DNA of 64,000 bases from an uncultured bacterium. GTDB taxonomy: Bacteria; Verrucomicrobiota; Verrucomicrobiia; Limisphaerales; UBA8199. The stretch spans positions 160,001-224,000 of the forward strand of contig CAVVMW010000014.1 of the NCBI GenBank assembly GCA_963749495.1, in the 5' to 3' direction. Below, piece by piece: positions 17,784 through 28,300 of the stretch; positions within the stretch are counted from its first letter, which is position 1; the number at the start of each line of letters is the position of its first letter. The translations under genes were made by a program, and so were the position numbers. The notes below the pieces were generated by a model. That model worked only from the letters and a program-made list of their open reading frames with translations, was not told the origin of the DNA and searched no databases.

Positions 17784-20700
17784 ATGAAAGCACAGTGTAC
17801 CATTAGAACAAGATCGTTACTCGCCGGACTGCTGGTCTGTGCGATAACCGGGTGGCCAGGCCTGAGCCGGTCGCAAACCACCGACATCGCCCTTCAGGGC
17901 GTCGGCCTCCTGGGCTTTCAGGGGGCCGTGGACAGCACGCCGGGAACCCTGTATTTCCACGTCGGCAGCGCCGTTGACATCAATGACGGCGATCTGACCA
18001 CCCATGTGGATAATTGGAGCGGGGGTGTCCGAGGGACCAATGGGGTGAGCTTCGTGGGGATAGTGTGGCCCACCGTGCGCTGGGAGTCCGTCTCGAGCGT
18101 CACCGTGACAATGGCGGCGTTTGTTGACGGCGGCTGGTTCGGCCCCAATGGCCAGGGGCCGGGCGCCGGGGGCGCCTTGACCAGCGATTATTTGATCCCC
18201 CCGGTCGTTCAAGTCTGCACCAACCTCGTGAACACCAATTACGGCGTCGCCTGGGGCCTCCTTCCGGTCAACATCGGAATCGCCCCGACCAACGGAGTGG
18301 AAGCCACGAGCAAGTGGTTCACTACGAATGGAAACGGCATCCCCGTCTGGTCCACCGTTGCCTCCACCTCGGACTACATGAGCGGCCTCACCGGCCAGAC
18401 CATCGGCGGCGGCGCCAACCCCAACCCGCAGCCATTGACCTTCACGATCACCTTCAACACGCCGGTCACCAACATCACCGGCATCCGCGTCATCGGGCAA
18501 AATGGCGGCACTGCCGACACCTATGGCTTCCTCGGCATATTCGAACTCGACGTGGAGGGCAAGCTTATCGACACGACTGGCGACGGCATTGCCGACGCCT
18601 GGAGGGTGCGTTACTTCGGCCACCCCACCGCGCAGGCCGGCGACCTCTCGCGCGCCACCGACGATCCGGATAACGACGGACTGAACAATCTGCAGGAGTT
18701 CCAGGCGGGGACGGACCCACACAACCCGGACACCGATGGTGACGGCTTGAGCGATGGCGACGAAGTGAATACGTACTTCACCAATCCCGTCAACCCGGAC
18801 ACCGATGGCGATGGCTTGAGCGATGGCGACGAAGTGAACAAGTACAAGACCGATCCCCTCAAATGGGACACCGACGGCGACGACTTGAGCGATGGCCAGG
18901 AGGTCCTCGTTTACGGGAGCGATCCCCTGGTGTTGAGCACTGCCGGCAACGGTTACAGCGACGGCGCGATGGTCCAATTTGGCTGCTTTAAGCCTTATGT
19001 CACTCCCCTCAACACGAACTGCGTCCCCGACGACCTCGCCATAAGCGGCACTGGAATCCTGGGCGTCGAAGACACCACCGGCGTCGATACCGCCATATTC
19101 AATGCCGGCACAGCGAACGCCATCAACGACGGTGATCTCACCACCCACGTTGACAACTTTCCGGGAGGTTTCACCGTCGGCGCTCCATACAGCTTCGTGG
19201 GCATCCTGTTTTCCAACACGCTAACTTCAACCTCCGGCGGCTCCGTCTCCGGCCTGGAGTTGACGATGGCCACGTTCGTGGACGGCGGCTGGTTCGGCCG
19301 CCCTCAGGTAGGCCCGGGTGGCGGCGGAAGTCTCGGCTGGCAACAGTACGTAGGGTATCCTTACCTCGCCGCGCCGAAGGTCCAAACCACCGCCGATGGC
19401 GGCACCACCTGGAGCGACGTCCCCTCCAAGACCGATTACTATGTCTCCTTCAATGCCCACTCGATCGGCGGCGGAACCAATGGCAATCCGGACTTCTGCA
19501 CCGCCACTTTCTTCCTGCCCACGCCCGTCACCGGCATTAACGGCATCCGCATCCTCGGCACCTCAGGCGGAACCGCCGGCAACGGCGGGTTTATCGGGGT
19601 CTCGGAACTCGTGATTCACCCTTTTACCGATTCCGATGGGGATGGCATTCCCGACTGGTGGATGAGAAAGTACTTCGGCCACCCCACCGGCCAGACCAAT
19701 GACCTCTCGATGGCCAGCGACGACCCCGACCACGACGGGCTCACTAACCTGCAAGAGTACCAAAACGGCACGAACCCGCTCAAGGCCGACACCGATGGCG
19801 ACGGCCTCAGCGACGGCGACGAGGTCAACAAATACCACACCAACCCGCTCTCCATTGACAGCGACTCCGACGGCTTGAACGATTACCAGGAGGTCATGGT
19901 TTACCACACCGACCCCCTGAACCCGGATACCGACGGGGACCTCTTCCCCGATGGCCAGGAGGTCAAACTCGGCAGTGACCCCAACAACGCCGCCAGCGTG
20001 CCGGCAGACCTGGCGCTGCGCAGCGATGCCAGCGCGATTCTCGGGACCGAAGACCCCACCACCGGCACGGACACGCTGTATTACCAGGCGGGGGTCCTCG
20101 CCAACATCAACGACGGCGATCTGACGACCCACGTGGACGACTGGAACAACACCGGGACCGACCCCTGGAGCTATGTGGGAATCTTGTGGACCAACAGATC
20201 GGTGACCAATCCAATTGTCAGCCTGGAACTGGATATGGCGGCGTTCGTTGACGGCGGCTGGTTTGGAGTGAACAACGCCGGTCCCGGCCCGGGCGGCGTG
20301 CTCTCCAGTAACCAATACCTGATAGTGCCCTCCGTCCAGGCCAGCAGTGATGCCGGGACGACCTGGACCAACGTCCCGTTCACCTCGGACTACCTGAGCC
20401 GCCTGGACGGCGCGACTATCGGCGGAGGCACCAACCCCAACCCGACTCGGTTGACCTCCACGTTCACCTTGACCCCGCCCCTCACCAAGATCAACGGCAT
20501 CCGCCTGGTCGGTTCGGAGGGCGGCACCGCCAGCGGCGGGTTCCTGGGAGTGTTCGAATTTGAGGTGCTCACGCACGTAGCCCAGCCGGTCAAACTCCTG
20601 AATGTGGGCGCCGCCGCCGGCCAATTCCGGTTCGAGTTCGATTCGCAATCGGGCACTGTTTACGTGGTGCAATTCAAGTCTTTGCTGACGGACCCGACTT

Positions 20701-20798
20701 GGCAAACCCTAACCACCCTGACAGGTGATGGCACACGCAAGCAGGTCACCGACAGCATCGGGAACGCGCAACGGTTCTACCGCGTCAAGAGCCAGTAA
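17784..20798 (+). CDS. Large secreted protein with three copies of a ~190-aa domain, Ca-binding DTDGDGLSDG repeats and a C-terminal ...FYRV domain
   Basis: Signal peptide; INDGDLTTHVD...FVDGGWFG...GIR...GGTA...GF occurs three times; TSP3-like repeats. Confidence 0.85.
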   Translation: MKAQCTIRTRSLLAGLLVCAITGWPGLSRSQTTDIALQGVGLLGFQGAVDSTPGTLYFHVGSAVDINDGDLTTHVDNWSGGVRGTNGVSFVGIVWPTVRWESVSSVTVTMAAFVDGGWFGPNGQGPGAGGALTSDYLIPPVVQVCTNLVNTNYGVAWGLLPVNIGIAPTNGVEATSKWFTTNGNGIPVWSTVASTSDYMSGLTGQTIGGGANPNPQPLTFTITFNTPVTNITGIRVIGQNGGTADTYGFLGIFELDVEGKLIDTTGDGIADAWRVRYFGHPTAQAGDLSRATDDPDNDGLNNLQEFQAGTDPHNPDTDGDGLSDGDEVNTYFTNPVNPDTDGDGLSDGDEVNKYKTDPLKWDTDGDDLSDGQEVLVYGSDPLVLSTAGNGYSDGAMVQFGCFKPYVTPLNTNCVPDDLAISGTGILGVEDTTGVDTAIFNAGTANAINDGDLTTHVDNFPGGFTVGAPYSFVGILFSNTLTSTSGGSVSGLELTMATFVDGGWFGRPQVGPGGGGSLGWQQYVGYPYLAAPKVQTTADGGTTWSDVPSKTDYYVSFNAHSIGGGTNGNPDFCTATFFLPTPVTGINGIRILGTSGGTAGNGGFIGVSELVIHPFTDSDGDGIPDWWMRKYFGHPTGQTNDLSMASDDPDHDGLTNLQEYQNGTNPLKADTDGDGLSDGDEVNKYHTNPLSIDSDSDGLNDYQEVMVYHTDPLNPDTDGDLFPDGQEVKLGSDPNNAASVPADLALRSDASAILGTEDPTTGTDTLYYQAGVLANINDGDLTTHVDDWNNTGTDPWSYVGILWTNRSVTNPIVSLELDMAAFVDGGWFGVNNAGPGPGGVLSSNQYLIVPSVQASSDAGTTWTNVPFTSDYLSRLDGATIGGGTNPNPTRLTSTFTLTPPLTKINGIRLVGSEGGTASGGFLGVFEFEVLTHVAQPVKLLNVGAAAGQFRFEFDSQSGTVYVVQFKSLLTDPTWQTLTTLTGDGTRKQVTDSIGNAQRFYRVKSQ

Positions 20799-20919
20799 GG
20801 ACGCAGGGCTTGACCAGGCGAGCCGGGGCCTCCGTTCGGCCCCGGCTCCGTCCAGAGCGTGAGGTGCTGATAAGTATGCGGCCTATGACACTCCGGGTGA
20901 TTGTCTCCTATCAAGTCGC

Positions 20920-21898
20920 CACCCGGCCGCTCAACGGAGACCTTTCCCGGTTCGCCCGCTTTCACGCCAAGTGGCATCGCGATGCCCTCTTGCCCGCCGA
21001 GCCCGAGCGCCGGATCGATTGGCCCATTCTCAAGACTCAAGGCCCGGGCCGCTTCGTGGGCGTCATGCTCCACGTGTGGAACCCGCGCGGCGGCTGGTGG
21101 GGCGAAGGCGACGAGAAATTCTTCGTCGACGGCGAGAAGTTTCCCTCGACCTTCGGCACCGGTTCCGAGGACTACTTCGGCTATGCCTGGTGCAATCCCA
21201 CGCTCTTCCAAAACGCCTACCATAACCAGACCCACAACGACGGCAACAACAAGGGCCACGTCTCTGTCAACCGCTGGCACATCACCGACTCCGTGCCGTT
21301 CCAAAAGTCCTTCGAGGGCTGCATCGAAAAATACTACGCCAACCAGCGTCCCACTCTCTACGCCGCGGTGGCCTATCGGTACCAGGCGCCCGGCGGCAAG
21401 GACCCCTATCGCGAGCTGCCGTTGAGTGATCGGGCCGGATATTGGACCGCGGTCCAAGCCGTCAAGATTCCGGGTGTGCTCGAGGGCGAGCAACTCAAGG
21501 TCCTGGCCAAGACCGGCGGCGATCTCCAGGAGCAGGACATGGGCGGCTTTGACGGCCAGTGGAGCAACGACGCGCACCTGTGGTGGACGGGCGCCAAGCC
21601 GGGCGACAGGCTCGAATTGGCGCTGCCGGTCAGCAAAACCGGCCGGTTCCGCCTGAGCCTCCAACTTACCAAAGCCCCGGACTATGCTATCGTCCAACTC
21701 TATCTCGACGGCCAAAAAATGGGCGAGGCGATCGACCTTTACCATGCCTCGGTTGTGCCCACCGGCCCGTTGGCCCTCGGCGCGCGCGACCTGGCCGCCG
21801 GCCAACACAAGCTGACCCTTGAAATCGTCGGCGCCAACCCCAAAGCCATCAAAAGTTACATGGCCGGCCTGGACTACGTGAAGCTGGACCCGGAGTGA
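20920..21898 (+). pseudogene. DUF2961/GH172-like protein, C-terminal part only, followed by a CBM-like domain
   Basis: RFHAKW, WWGEGDEKFFVDGE, GTGSEDYFGYAW; N-terminal half absent and no convincing start. Confidence 0.7.
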
Positions 21899-21969
21899 AG
21901 CGCACAACGGGGATGTTTAGCGACACACCCGGAACATAACCCTTGCAAATCAAAACGACTGATCTTACC

Positions 21970-22815
21970 ATGAGCGACGTTATGAAGATCCCGTCTGCCG
22001 CAAAGGGCAACCACGCGGTGCACACCCTCGCATTTACCCTCATTGAACTGCTGGTGGTCATCGCCATCATCGCGATTCTCGCCGCGATGCTCCTGCCGGC
22101 CCTGGCCCGCGCCAAGGCCAAGGCAGACCGCACGGCGTGCCTGAGCAATTTCAAGCAGATCAATCTGCTCATGCAATACTATACCGACGACAACAGCGAC
22201 ACCTTCCCCGCGCACCGGAACTCAGGGCTCAACACGGACAATGCGGCTTTCTCACTGACCAACTGGTGGGGGGCCACAATCGTCGGCTATAAGACCAACC
22301 TCGCCAATCTTTTCCATGACCCCGCCATCAAGGGCAAGCGCCTTGATGACGGGACCACCTGGCAATGGGCTTTCGACTGCAACAATGTCGGCTATGGGTA
22401 CAATGGGTTCTTCCTCGGACATCATCCGTACGGCGCCTATGACATCACCGTGGCCGGCATCAGGTTCACCGGCCCCGAAACTTTCAAGCGGGCCGCGGTG
22501 CGCAGGCCCTCGGATAGCCTGGTCGTCGGGGACAAGGAGCCTTACGGCGGTTCCGTGCCGGCCTGGGGGAGCAGCCTCTGGTGGGAGTCATCTTGCATGG
22601 ACCCCAACGTTGTGAAGTTCAGCTCATTTCCGACCTACGAGGGCATCGAGCCCAAGCGCCACCTCGGCCAGGGCGCCGTCGCCTTCAACGATGGGCATGC
22701 CGAAACCCGGAGAAGCGAGAAAATCAACCCGCCCGCCAACCCGGCGGATGGGAGTGCCAAGGCGCTGATCAATTCGCGATACTGGGATCCCCTCCAGCGC
22801 GCTGGCTCGCAGTGA
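21970..22815 (+). CDS. Prepilin-type N-terminal cleavage/methylation protein with H-X9-DG motif (DUF1559-like)
   Basis: [29 protein letters not shown]...[24 protein letters not shown]. Confidence 0.9.
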   Translation: MSDVMKIPSAAKGNHAVHTLAFTLIELLVVIAIIAILAAMLLPALARAKAKADRTACLSNFKQINLLMQYYTDDNSDTFPAHRNSGLNTDNAAFSLTNWWGATIVGYKTNLANLFHDPAIKGKRLDDGTTWQWAFDCNNVGYGYNGFFLGHHPYGAYDITVAGIRFTGPETFKRAAVRRPSDSLVVGDKEPYGGSVPAWGSSLWWESSCMDPNVVKFSSFPTYEGIEPKRHLGQGAVAFNDGHAETRRSEKINPPANPADGSAKALINSRYWDPLQRAGSQ

Positions 22816-22994
22816 GGCTCGAACCCCGTATCCGGTGTGCTGCCACCTCACCGAATCTGAGCAACAAGACCCCTCCTGTGGCGCAATGCGCCGAGTCGGC
22901 CCCGGCTTGGGGCGCCCCTTCGCAGGGGCTCTCCACCCGGGCATTCACTCTGATCACACTTCTGGGACCCTGGGCAGCATTCACCGCTCTAATC

Positions 22995-23135
22995 AGAGCC
23001 CGTCCCAAAAGCTCTGATTCCGGACCTTTGTCGGAGCCTTTGTCGGCACCTTTGTCGAGAAATGGCCAATCCGACAAAGGTTTCGACAAAGGCTGCGACA
23101 AAGGTCCCCCAGTCGCGGAGTTTTTGCGACAGCGG
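22995..23135. repeat. Palindromic element built from 12-mer repeats
   Basis: (cctttgtcg)x3 followed by inverted (cgacaaagg)x3. Confidence 0.8.
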
Positions 23136-23212
23136 TGGTACCAGATGCGCCCGCCCCGGCTTCTTTTCCTGCAGGTGCGATTAAAAGCGTCGGGCATGCG
23201 CCTCGGCAGTTT

Positions 23213-23402
23213 TGTCCCGGAGGGACATCTGACAATAGCCCGGCGTTTCAACGCCGGGGAGGCCACAAAAGGGACCCTCGTCCCGAAGGGACGATTGAGA
23301 ACACTCCTTGCTTTCAGCCGTCCCTTCGGGACGGACCTGCTCCTTGGGTCCGCTCACCCGGCGTTGAAACGCCGGGCTATTGTCGGAAGCCCCGTCGGGG
23401 CA
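23213..23402. repeat. Nested inverted repeat (REP-like)
   Basis: gacaatagcccggcgtttcaacgccggg pairs with cccggcgttgaaacgccgggctattgtc; inner cgtcccgaagggacg/cgtcccttcgggacg. Confidence 0.85.
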
Positions 23403-23513
23403 AAAAGGCGCCATGGGCTGACCGACACTTCGAATCACACCCCTTTTCCCGAAGCCGAATTGACTTGGGCGGTGTGCGCAGATACGCTGTTGGCGATTAG
23501 TGGATTTACGCAC

Positions 23514-24242
23514 ATGATCCAAACCATCGAGAAACTGCTGATCCTGCAAGAGCGGGACCGGCAGATCCGGAGCATCGAGGGCGAGTTGGGCCATATCGGG
23601 CCGGAGCAACAGATGCTCCAGGCCAGGGCCGCCTCAGCCCAGGCGGACCTGGACAGCGCCCGGGGCCGGTTGCGGCACATTGGGACCTCGCGCGACGGCC
23701 TCGAGTTGGAGATCAAAGCCAAGAAGGACCTCATCGCCAAATACAGCCTCCAGCAGTTCCAGACCCGCAAGAACGAGGAGTACCGCGCCCTGACGCACGA
23801 AATCGAGACCTGCAAGAAGGCCATCTTCGAGATCGAAGATCAGCAAATCGCCCTCATGGAGCAGGACGAGGCGGTGCAAAAGGAGATAGCCCGGGCCACA
23901 CACGCCGCGGCACAGACCAGCAAGCTGGTGGCCGAGCAACTCGCCCAATTGAGCGCGCGGCAGCACAGCCTGGCCGGGGAACTGGCCCGACTGAGGGCCA
24001 ACCGCGAGGACCTGGCCATGGCCGTCGGCGAGGCCGCCCGCGCCCGCTACGAGCGCCTGCTCCGCAGCAAGGGCCAGAACGTCATCGTCGGCGTCGAGCA
24101 CGGCGTCTGTGGCGGCTGCCACATGCGCCTGCCCCCACAATTGCTGGTCCTCTGCCAGGCCGAAAAAGACATCATCACCTGCAGCAACTGCGGCCGCGTC
24201 CTCTATTACACCGCCGACATGGACTTGGCCGCCGCCGATTGA
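23514..24242 (+). CDS. Coiled-coil protein with a C4 zinc-ribbon (DUF164/CT398-like)
   Basis: LLILQERD...NEEYRALTHEI...CGGCHMRLP...CSNCGRVLY. Confidence 0.9.
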   Translation: MIQTIEKLLILQERDRQIRSIEGELGHIGPEQQMLQARAASAQADLDSARGRLRHIGTSRDGLELEIKAKKDLIAKYSLQQFQTRKNEEYRALTHEIETCKKAIFEIEDQQIALMEQDEAVQKEIARATHAAAQTSKLVAEQLAQLSARQHSLAGELARLRANREDLAMAVGEAARARYERLLRSKGQNVIVGVEHGVCGGCHMRLPPQLLVLCQAEKDIITCSNCGRVLYYTADMDLAAAD

Positions 24243-24261
24243 CTCCCCTGACCAATACGCT

Positions 24262-25137
24262 ATGACTCTCCCAATCTCCCGGCGCCGGTTTCTGGCCCGC
24301 GCAACGGCCGGCTCGCTCCTGCCGGCTCTGTCTCGTCCGTTGAACCTCCTCCACGCTGCCGCCGCCCAGGCCCAGTCCCCCGTGACGGATTTCCACGTGC
24401 ACCTGGACAACAGCACGATCGAGAAGGTGCTCGAACTGTCCAGCGAACGCGGGGTCAAGTTCGGCATCGTTGAGCACGCCGGCACGCGGGAGAACAAGTA
24501 CCCGAAGATCCTCAGCAACGATGAGGAGTTGAAGGGCTACCTGGCGATGCTGGAGGGCAAGCCGGTCTTCAAGGGCGTTCAGGCCGAGTGGGTTGATTGG
24601 ATGGGGTGCTTCTCGCCCGAGGCGCTCGCCCAATTGGACTATGTGCTCACCGACGCCATGACTTTCCCCGGCAAGGACGGGCGGCGAGTCAAGCTGTGGG
24701 AGGCGGATGCCGCCCAGCGCGTGGACCTGCAGGACAAGGAGGCCTTTATGGACCGGTTCGTGGACTGGCATGTCGAAGTCATGGCACGCGAGCCCATCGA
24801 TATCCTGGCCAACACCACCTGGCTGCCCGCCGCCCTGGCCGGCCAGTGGGAAACCTATTGGACGCCGCCGCGCTCGCAAAAGGTGATCGATGCCGCCATC
24901 AAGCACGGCGTCGCCCTGGAAATCAGCTCCAGCTACAAGCTGCCCAGGCTGCCGTTCCTCAAGCTCGCCAAAGCCGCCGGCGCCAAATTCTCTTTCGGCT
25001 CGAACGGCCGCTACCCGAACATGGGCAAGCTCGAGCACTGCCTCCAGATGGCCAAGGAACTCGACCTCAAGCCCGCCGACATGTTCGCCCCCGCCCCGAA
25101 TGGCCGCAAAGCCGTTCAACGGCGGCGGGGCCATTGA
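24262..25137 (+). CDS. Tat-exported PHP-domain-like metallo-hydrolase
   Basis: SRRRFL Tat motif; DFHVH, GIVEH, ALEI, FSFGSN. Confidence 0.75.
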   Translation: MTLPISRRRFLARATAGSLLPALSRPLNLLHAAAAQAQSPVTDFHVHLDNSTIEKVLELSSERGVKFGIVEHAGTRENKYPKILSNDEELKGYLAMLEGKPVFKGVQAEWVDWMGCFSPEALAQLDYVLTDAMTFPGKDGRRVKLWEADAAQRVDLQDKEAFMDRFVDWHVEVMAREPIDILANTTWLPAALAGQWETYWTPPRSQKVIDAAIKHGVALEISSSYKLPRLPFLKLAKAAGAKFSFGSNGRYPNMGKLEHCLQMAKELDLKPADMFAPAPNGRKAVQRRRGH

Positions 25138-25330
25138 CAAAGCCGCTCGGTGCGCCGGTGCGCCGGGGGCGCCAGCGTAGCGCAGGTTTCCAAACCTGCT
25201 GTGGCGCGGGTTTCCAAACCCGCAGCCCGTCCGCAAACCGGGCGCGCTCGAAATGCCGACGCCCTGCCGATTTGGAAATCGGCGATACGGCAGGTTTGGA
25301 AACCTGCGCTACGACTTTGTTCACGGCCCT
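25134..25330. repeat. Complete (uninterrupted) REP-like element, family A
   Basis: gtagcgcaggtttccaaacctgctg...gcgggtttccaaacccgc...ccgatttggaaatcgg...gcaggtttggaaacctgcgctac. Confidence 0.9.
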
Positions 25331-25396
25331 GCCAAAGGCGGTGAGTCAATCCACTTTAGGTTTGCCCGGGGCTTGCTGGCGGCGTATTAGTTAGGT

Positions 25397-28300
25397 GTGA
25401 AAGTTGGTAGCCTGTTTCGAGCGTGCTGCGGCCTGTTCGTAGCGTCCATACTCCTGTTTACCCTGACGGCTTCCGGCCAAACCAAGGCCATCCGCCTCCG
25501 CACCGGGGCCATCGTGACCTGGCCCGCGACCAACGCGGGGCCCAGGGCGCAGGCCCTGATGGCGCAACCTCCGGCCAGCGGGCTGTTCCTGGTGCAGTTC
25601 GAGGGCCCGGTCGAGCCGGCCTGGCGCGCCCAGCTTGCCTCCAAGGGCGTCCAGTTGCTCAAGTACATCCCCGATGACGCGTTCATCGCCAGGTTCAACG
25701 CCGTCTCTGCCGATCAAGTCAGCGCGTTGGGATTCGTGCGCTGGGTCGGGTCCTATCGGCCCGAGTATAAAGTCCATCCCCGCCTGGGCGTGGCGGCGCG
25801 CCAGGCGCTGGTGGCCGGCCAGGATGTGGAGGTGAGCGTCCTGGTAGCCGCGGGTGCGGCGGACTCGGAAATCGGCCAGGTCCGCTCGCTCTTTTCGTCA
25901 GTCATCCACCAGAGCCGGCTGCGGCAGGGGACATACGTGCGCGGGTGGCTGCCGGCCGGCGCAGTGCAGGCGCTGGCCCGATCCGAGGCCGTGCTCTGGC
26001 TGGAGCGGGCGCCCCGGCGCAAGCTCGTTGATGAGGCCGCCTCGAAGCTCGTCGGTGGGGACGATGCCAGGGTGGCCACGCCCACGGTGACCCAGCAGCT
26101 TGGCTTCGGCGGGGCAGGGGTGACGGTTTGTGTGGCCGACACGGGGTTGGATAGCGGCGACACCAACACGATGCACCTGGACGTTCGCGGGCGGGTGAGC
26201 GGCTTTGTCGTCTATCCCCCATTGACGGACGGGTCGGATGGGTACGGCCACGGCACGCACTGCGCAGGCATCATCGCCGGCAACGCCCTCACGGGCGAGA
26301 CCGACCCGGACACCGGCGCTTGGTACGGCTTGGGCGTCGCCTCGACCGCCAATCTCCTTGTAGAACGCCTTTTTGATGAGAATGCCGCCGAGGTCAGCCC
26401 CCCGCCCAGCGATGCCGACCTCGCCCGCGATGCCGTCCGCAACGGCGCCCAAATCGGCTCCAACAGTTGGGGCAACGACGTTCAGGGCGAATATGATTCG
26501 GACGCCGCCCAGTTTGACGAATTGGTGCGTGACGCCGACCCTGCGACGCCCGGGGACCAGCCTTACATCCTGGAGTTCGCCGCCGGCAACGCCGGGCCTG
26601 ATTCCCAGACCCTCGACAGCCCGGCCACGGGCAAGAACGTCCTGGCCACCGGCGCCTCGGAGAATGTGGCGGGAACCCTGGCCATGACTTACGGCCTCTA
26701 TGCCGACGGTCCGGACACGATGGCCGACTTTTCGAGCCGGGGCCCCTGCGAGGATGGGCGCATCAAACCCGACGTGGTGGCGCCGGGCACTTGGATAGCC
26801 TCGATGGCCTCGTCCGCCGCGCCGGACGAGGCCGCCATTTCCTGGACGGCCATTGACAACCTCTATGTTTATATGGGCGGCACGAGCATGTCCGGACCGC
26901 ACGCCGCCGGGGCGGCCGCGGTCTTCGTCCAATACTACAAGAGCTTCCACGGCGGGGCAGTGCCTTCCCCGGCCCTGGTCAAGGCGGCGCTCATCAATTC
27001 GGCCGATGAGCTGGACCAGGCCAACGGCGGCCCTGGCCCGGTGCCCAACAATGACGAAGGCTGGGGCCGCATCGCCTTGACCAATATCATCGTCACCAAT
27101 GTCAGCACGGCAGCGCGCTACTATGACTATGTGGACCAATCGGTGCTGCTGACCAATGGCCAGGTCTATTCCCGCCACGCGCTGGTCCAGGGGTCGGGCC
27201 AGCCGCTCAAGATCACCCTGGCCTACACCGATGTGCCGGGCTTCCCCGGGGCCATTCCCGCCCTGGTCAACGACCTGGATCTGGAGGTGCTCGGCCCGGA
27301 CGGGACCCTCTATCGCGGCAACCAGTTCGCCGCCGGCCAATCGGTCCCCAACGCCCCCTCCCCGGACAACCTCAACAACGTCGAGGGCGTGTGCCTGGCC
27401 CAGCCCCTGCCGGGCGATTACCTGGTCCGCGTGCGCGCCCGCAATGTCGTCGAGGACGCCCGCCTCGATACCGCGCTCGTCGACCAGGATTTCGCCCTGG
27501 TTATCTCCGGCAACATCGTCCGGCCCGGCTCGGGCATGGTCCTGCTGGACCGTTCGAGCTACACCGCCCCCGGCCTGATCGGGTTGCAGGTGCTGGACCC
27601 CGCCCGGGCAGCCAGCAACTCCGTGAGCGTGGTGCTCAAGAGCACGACTGAGCCCGCCGGCGAGACCATCACACTGCGCGCCTCCGGCAGCTACGGCTCG
27701 TTCACCGGAACCGTCGCCACCGTGGCGGGCCCCCGCCGCAGACGGCAAGCTTGAGATCCATGACGGCGACGCGATCGAAGCCGACTACATTGACAGCTCC
27801 GGCACCAAGCGCGCGGCCACGGCAGTGGCGGAGTTAGTCCCGCCGTCGCTCAGCGGTGTGGCGGTTTCGGTTGACCTGGGCATCGTCACTATTACCTGGC
27901 AGAGCAGCGACCCGGCCAATTCGGCTGTCTATTACAGCACCAACCACACGTTCAACCTGGCGGCCACCGACAACACCCTGACGACCTCGCACGCCGTCCC
28001 GTTGACCGGCCTGGTTGCCGGCAAGACCTATTATTTCTTCGTTGCCTCCGCCGACGCGGCCGGCAACACTGCCACCAACAACAACGCCGGGGCTTGGTTC
28101 ACCTTCGTAGGCGTGCAGACGCCCGCCGTCCTCCTGGTGGATGACTACGACGCTGCGGGCGAGGCGGACAGCGGCTCTACCGTCATTGACGATGGCGCCT
28201 ACACTAATGCCCTGGCGGCCAGCGGGTTCAGCTTCAGCTTCTGGGTGGTCGCCCAGCGCGGCTACCCCCAGCTCTCCGACCTGCGCCCGTTCCCCGCTGT

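Noticed and set aside
22581..23513. N-terminal 311-aa extension of the Zn-ribbon protein
   Set aside because: Translates repeat elements; family homology starts at ATG 23514
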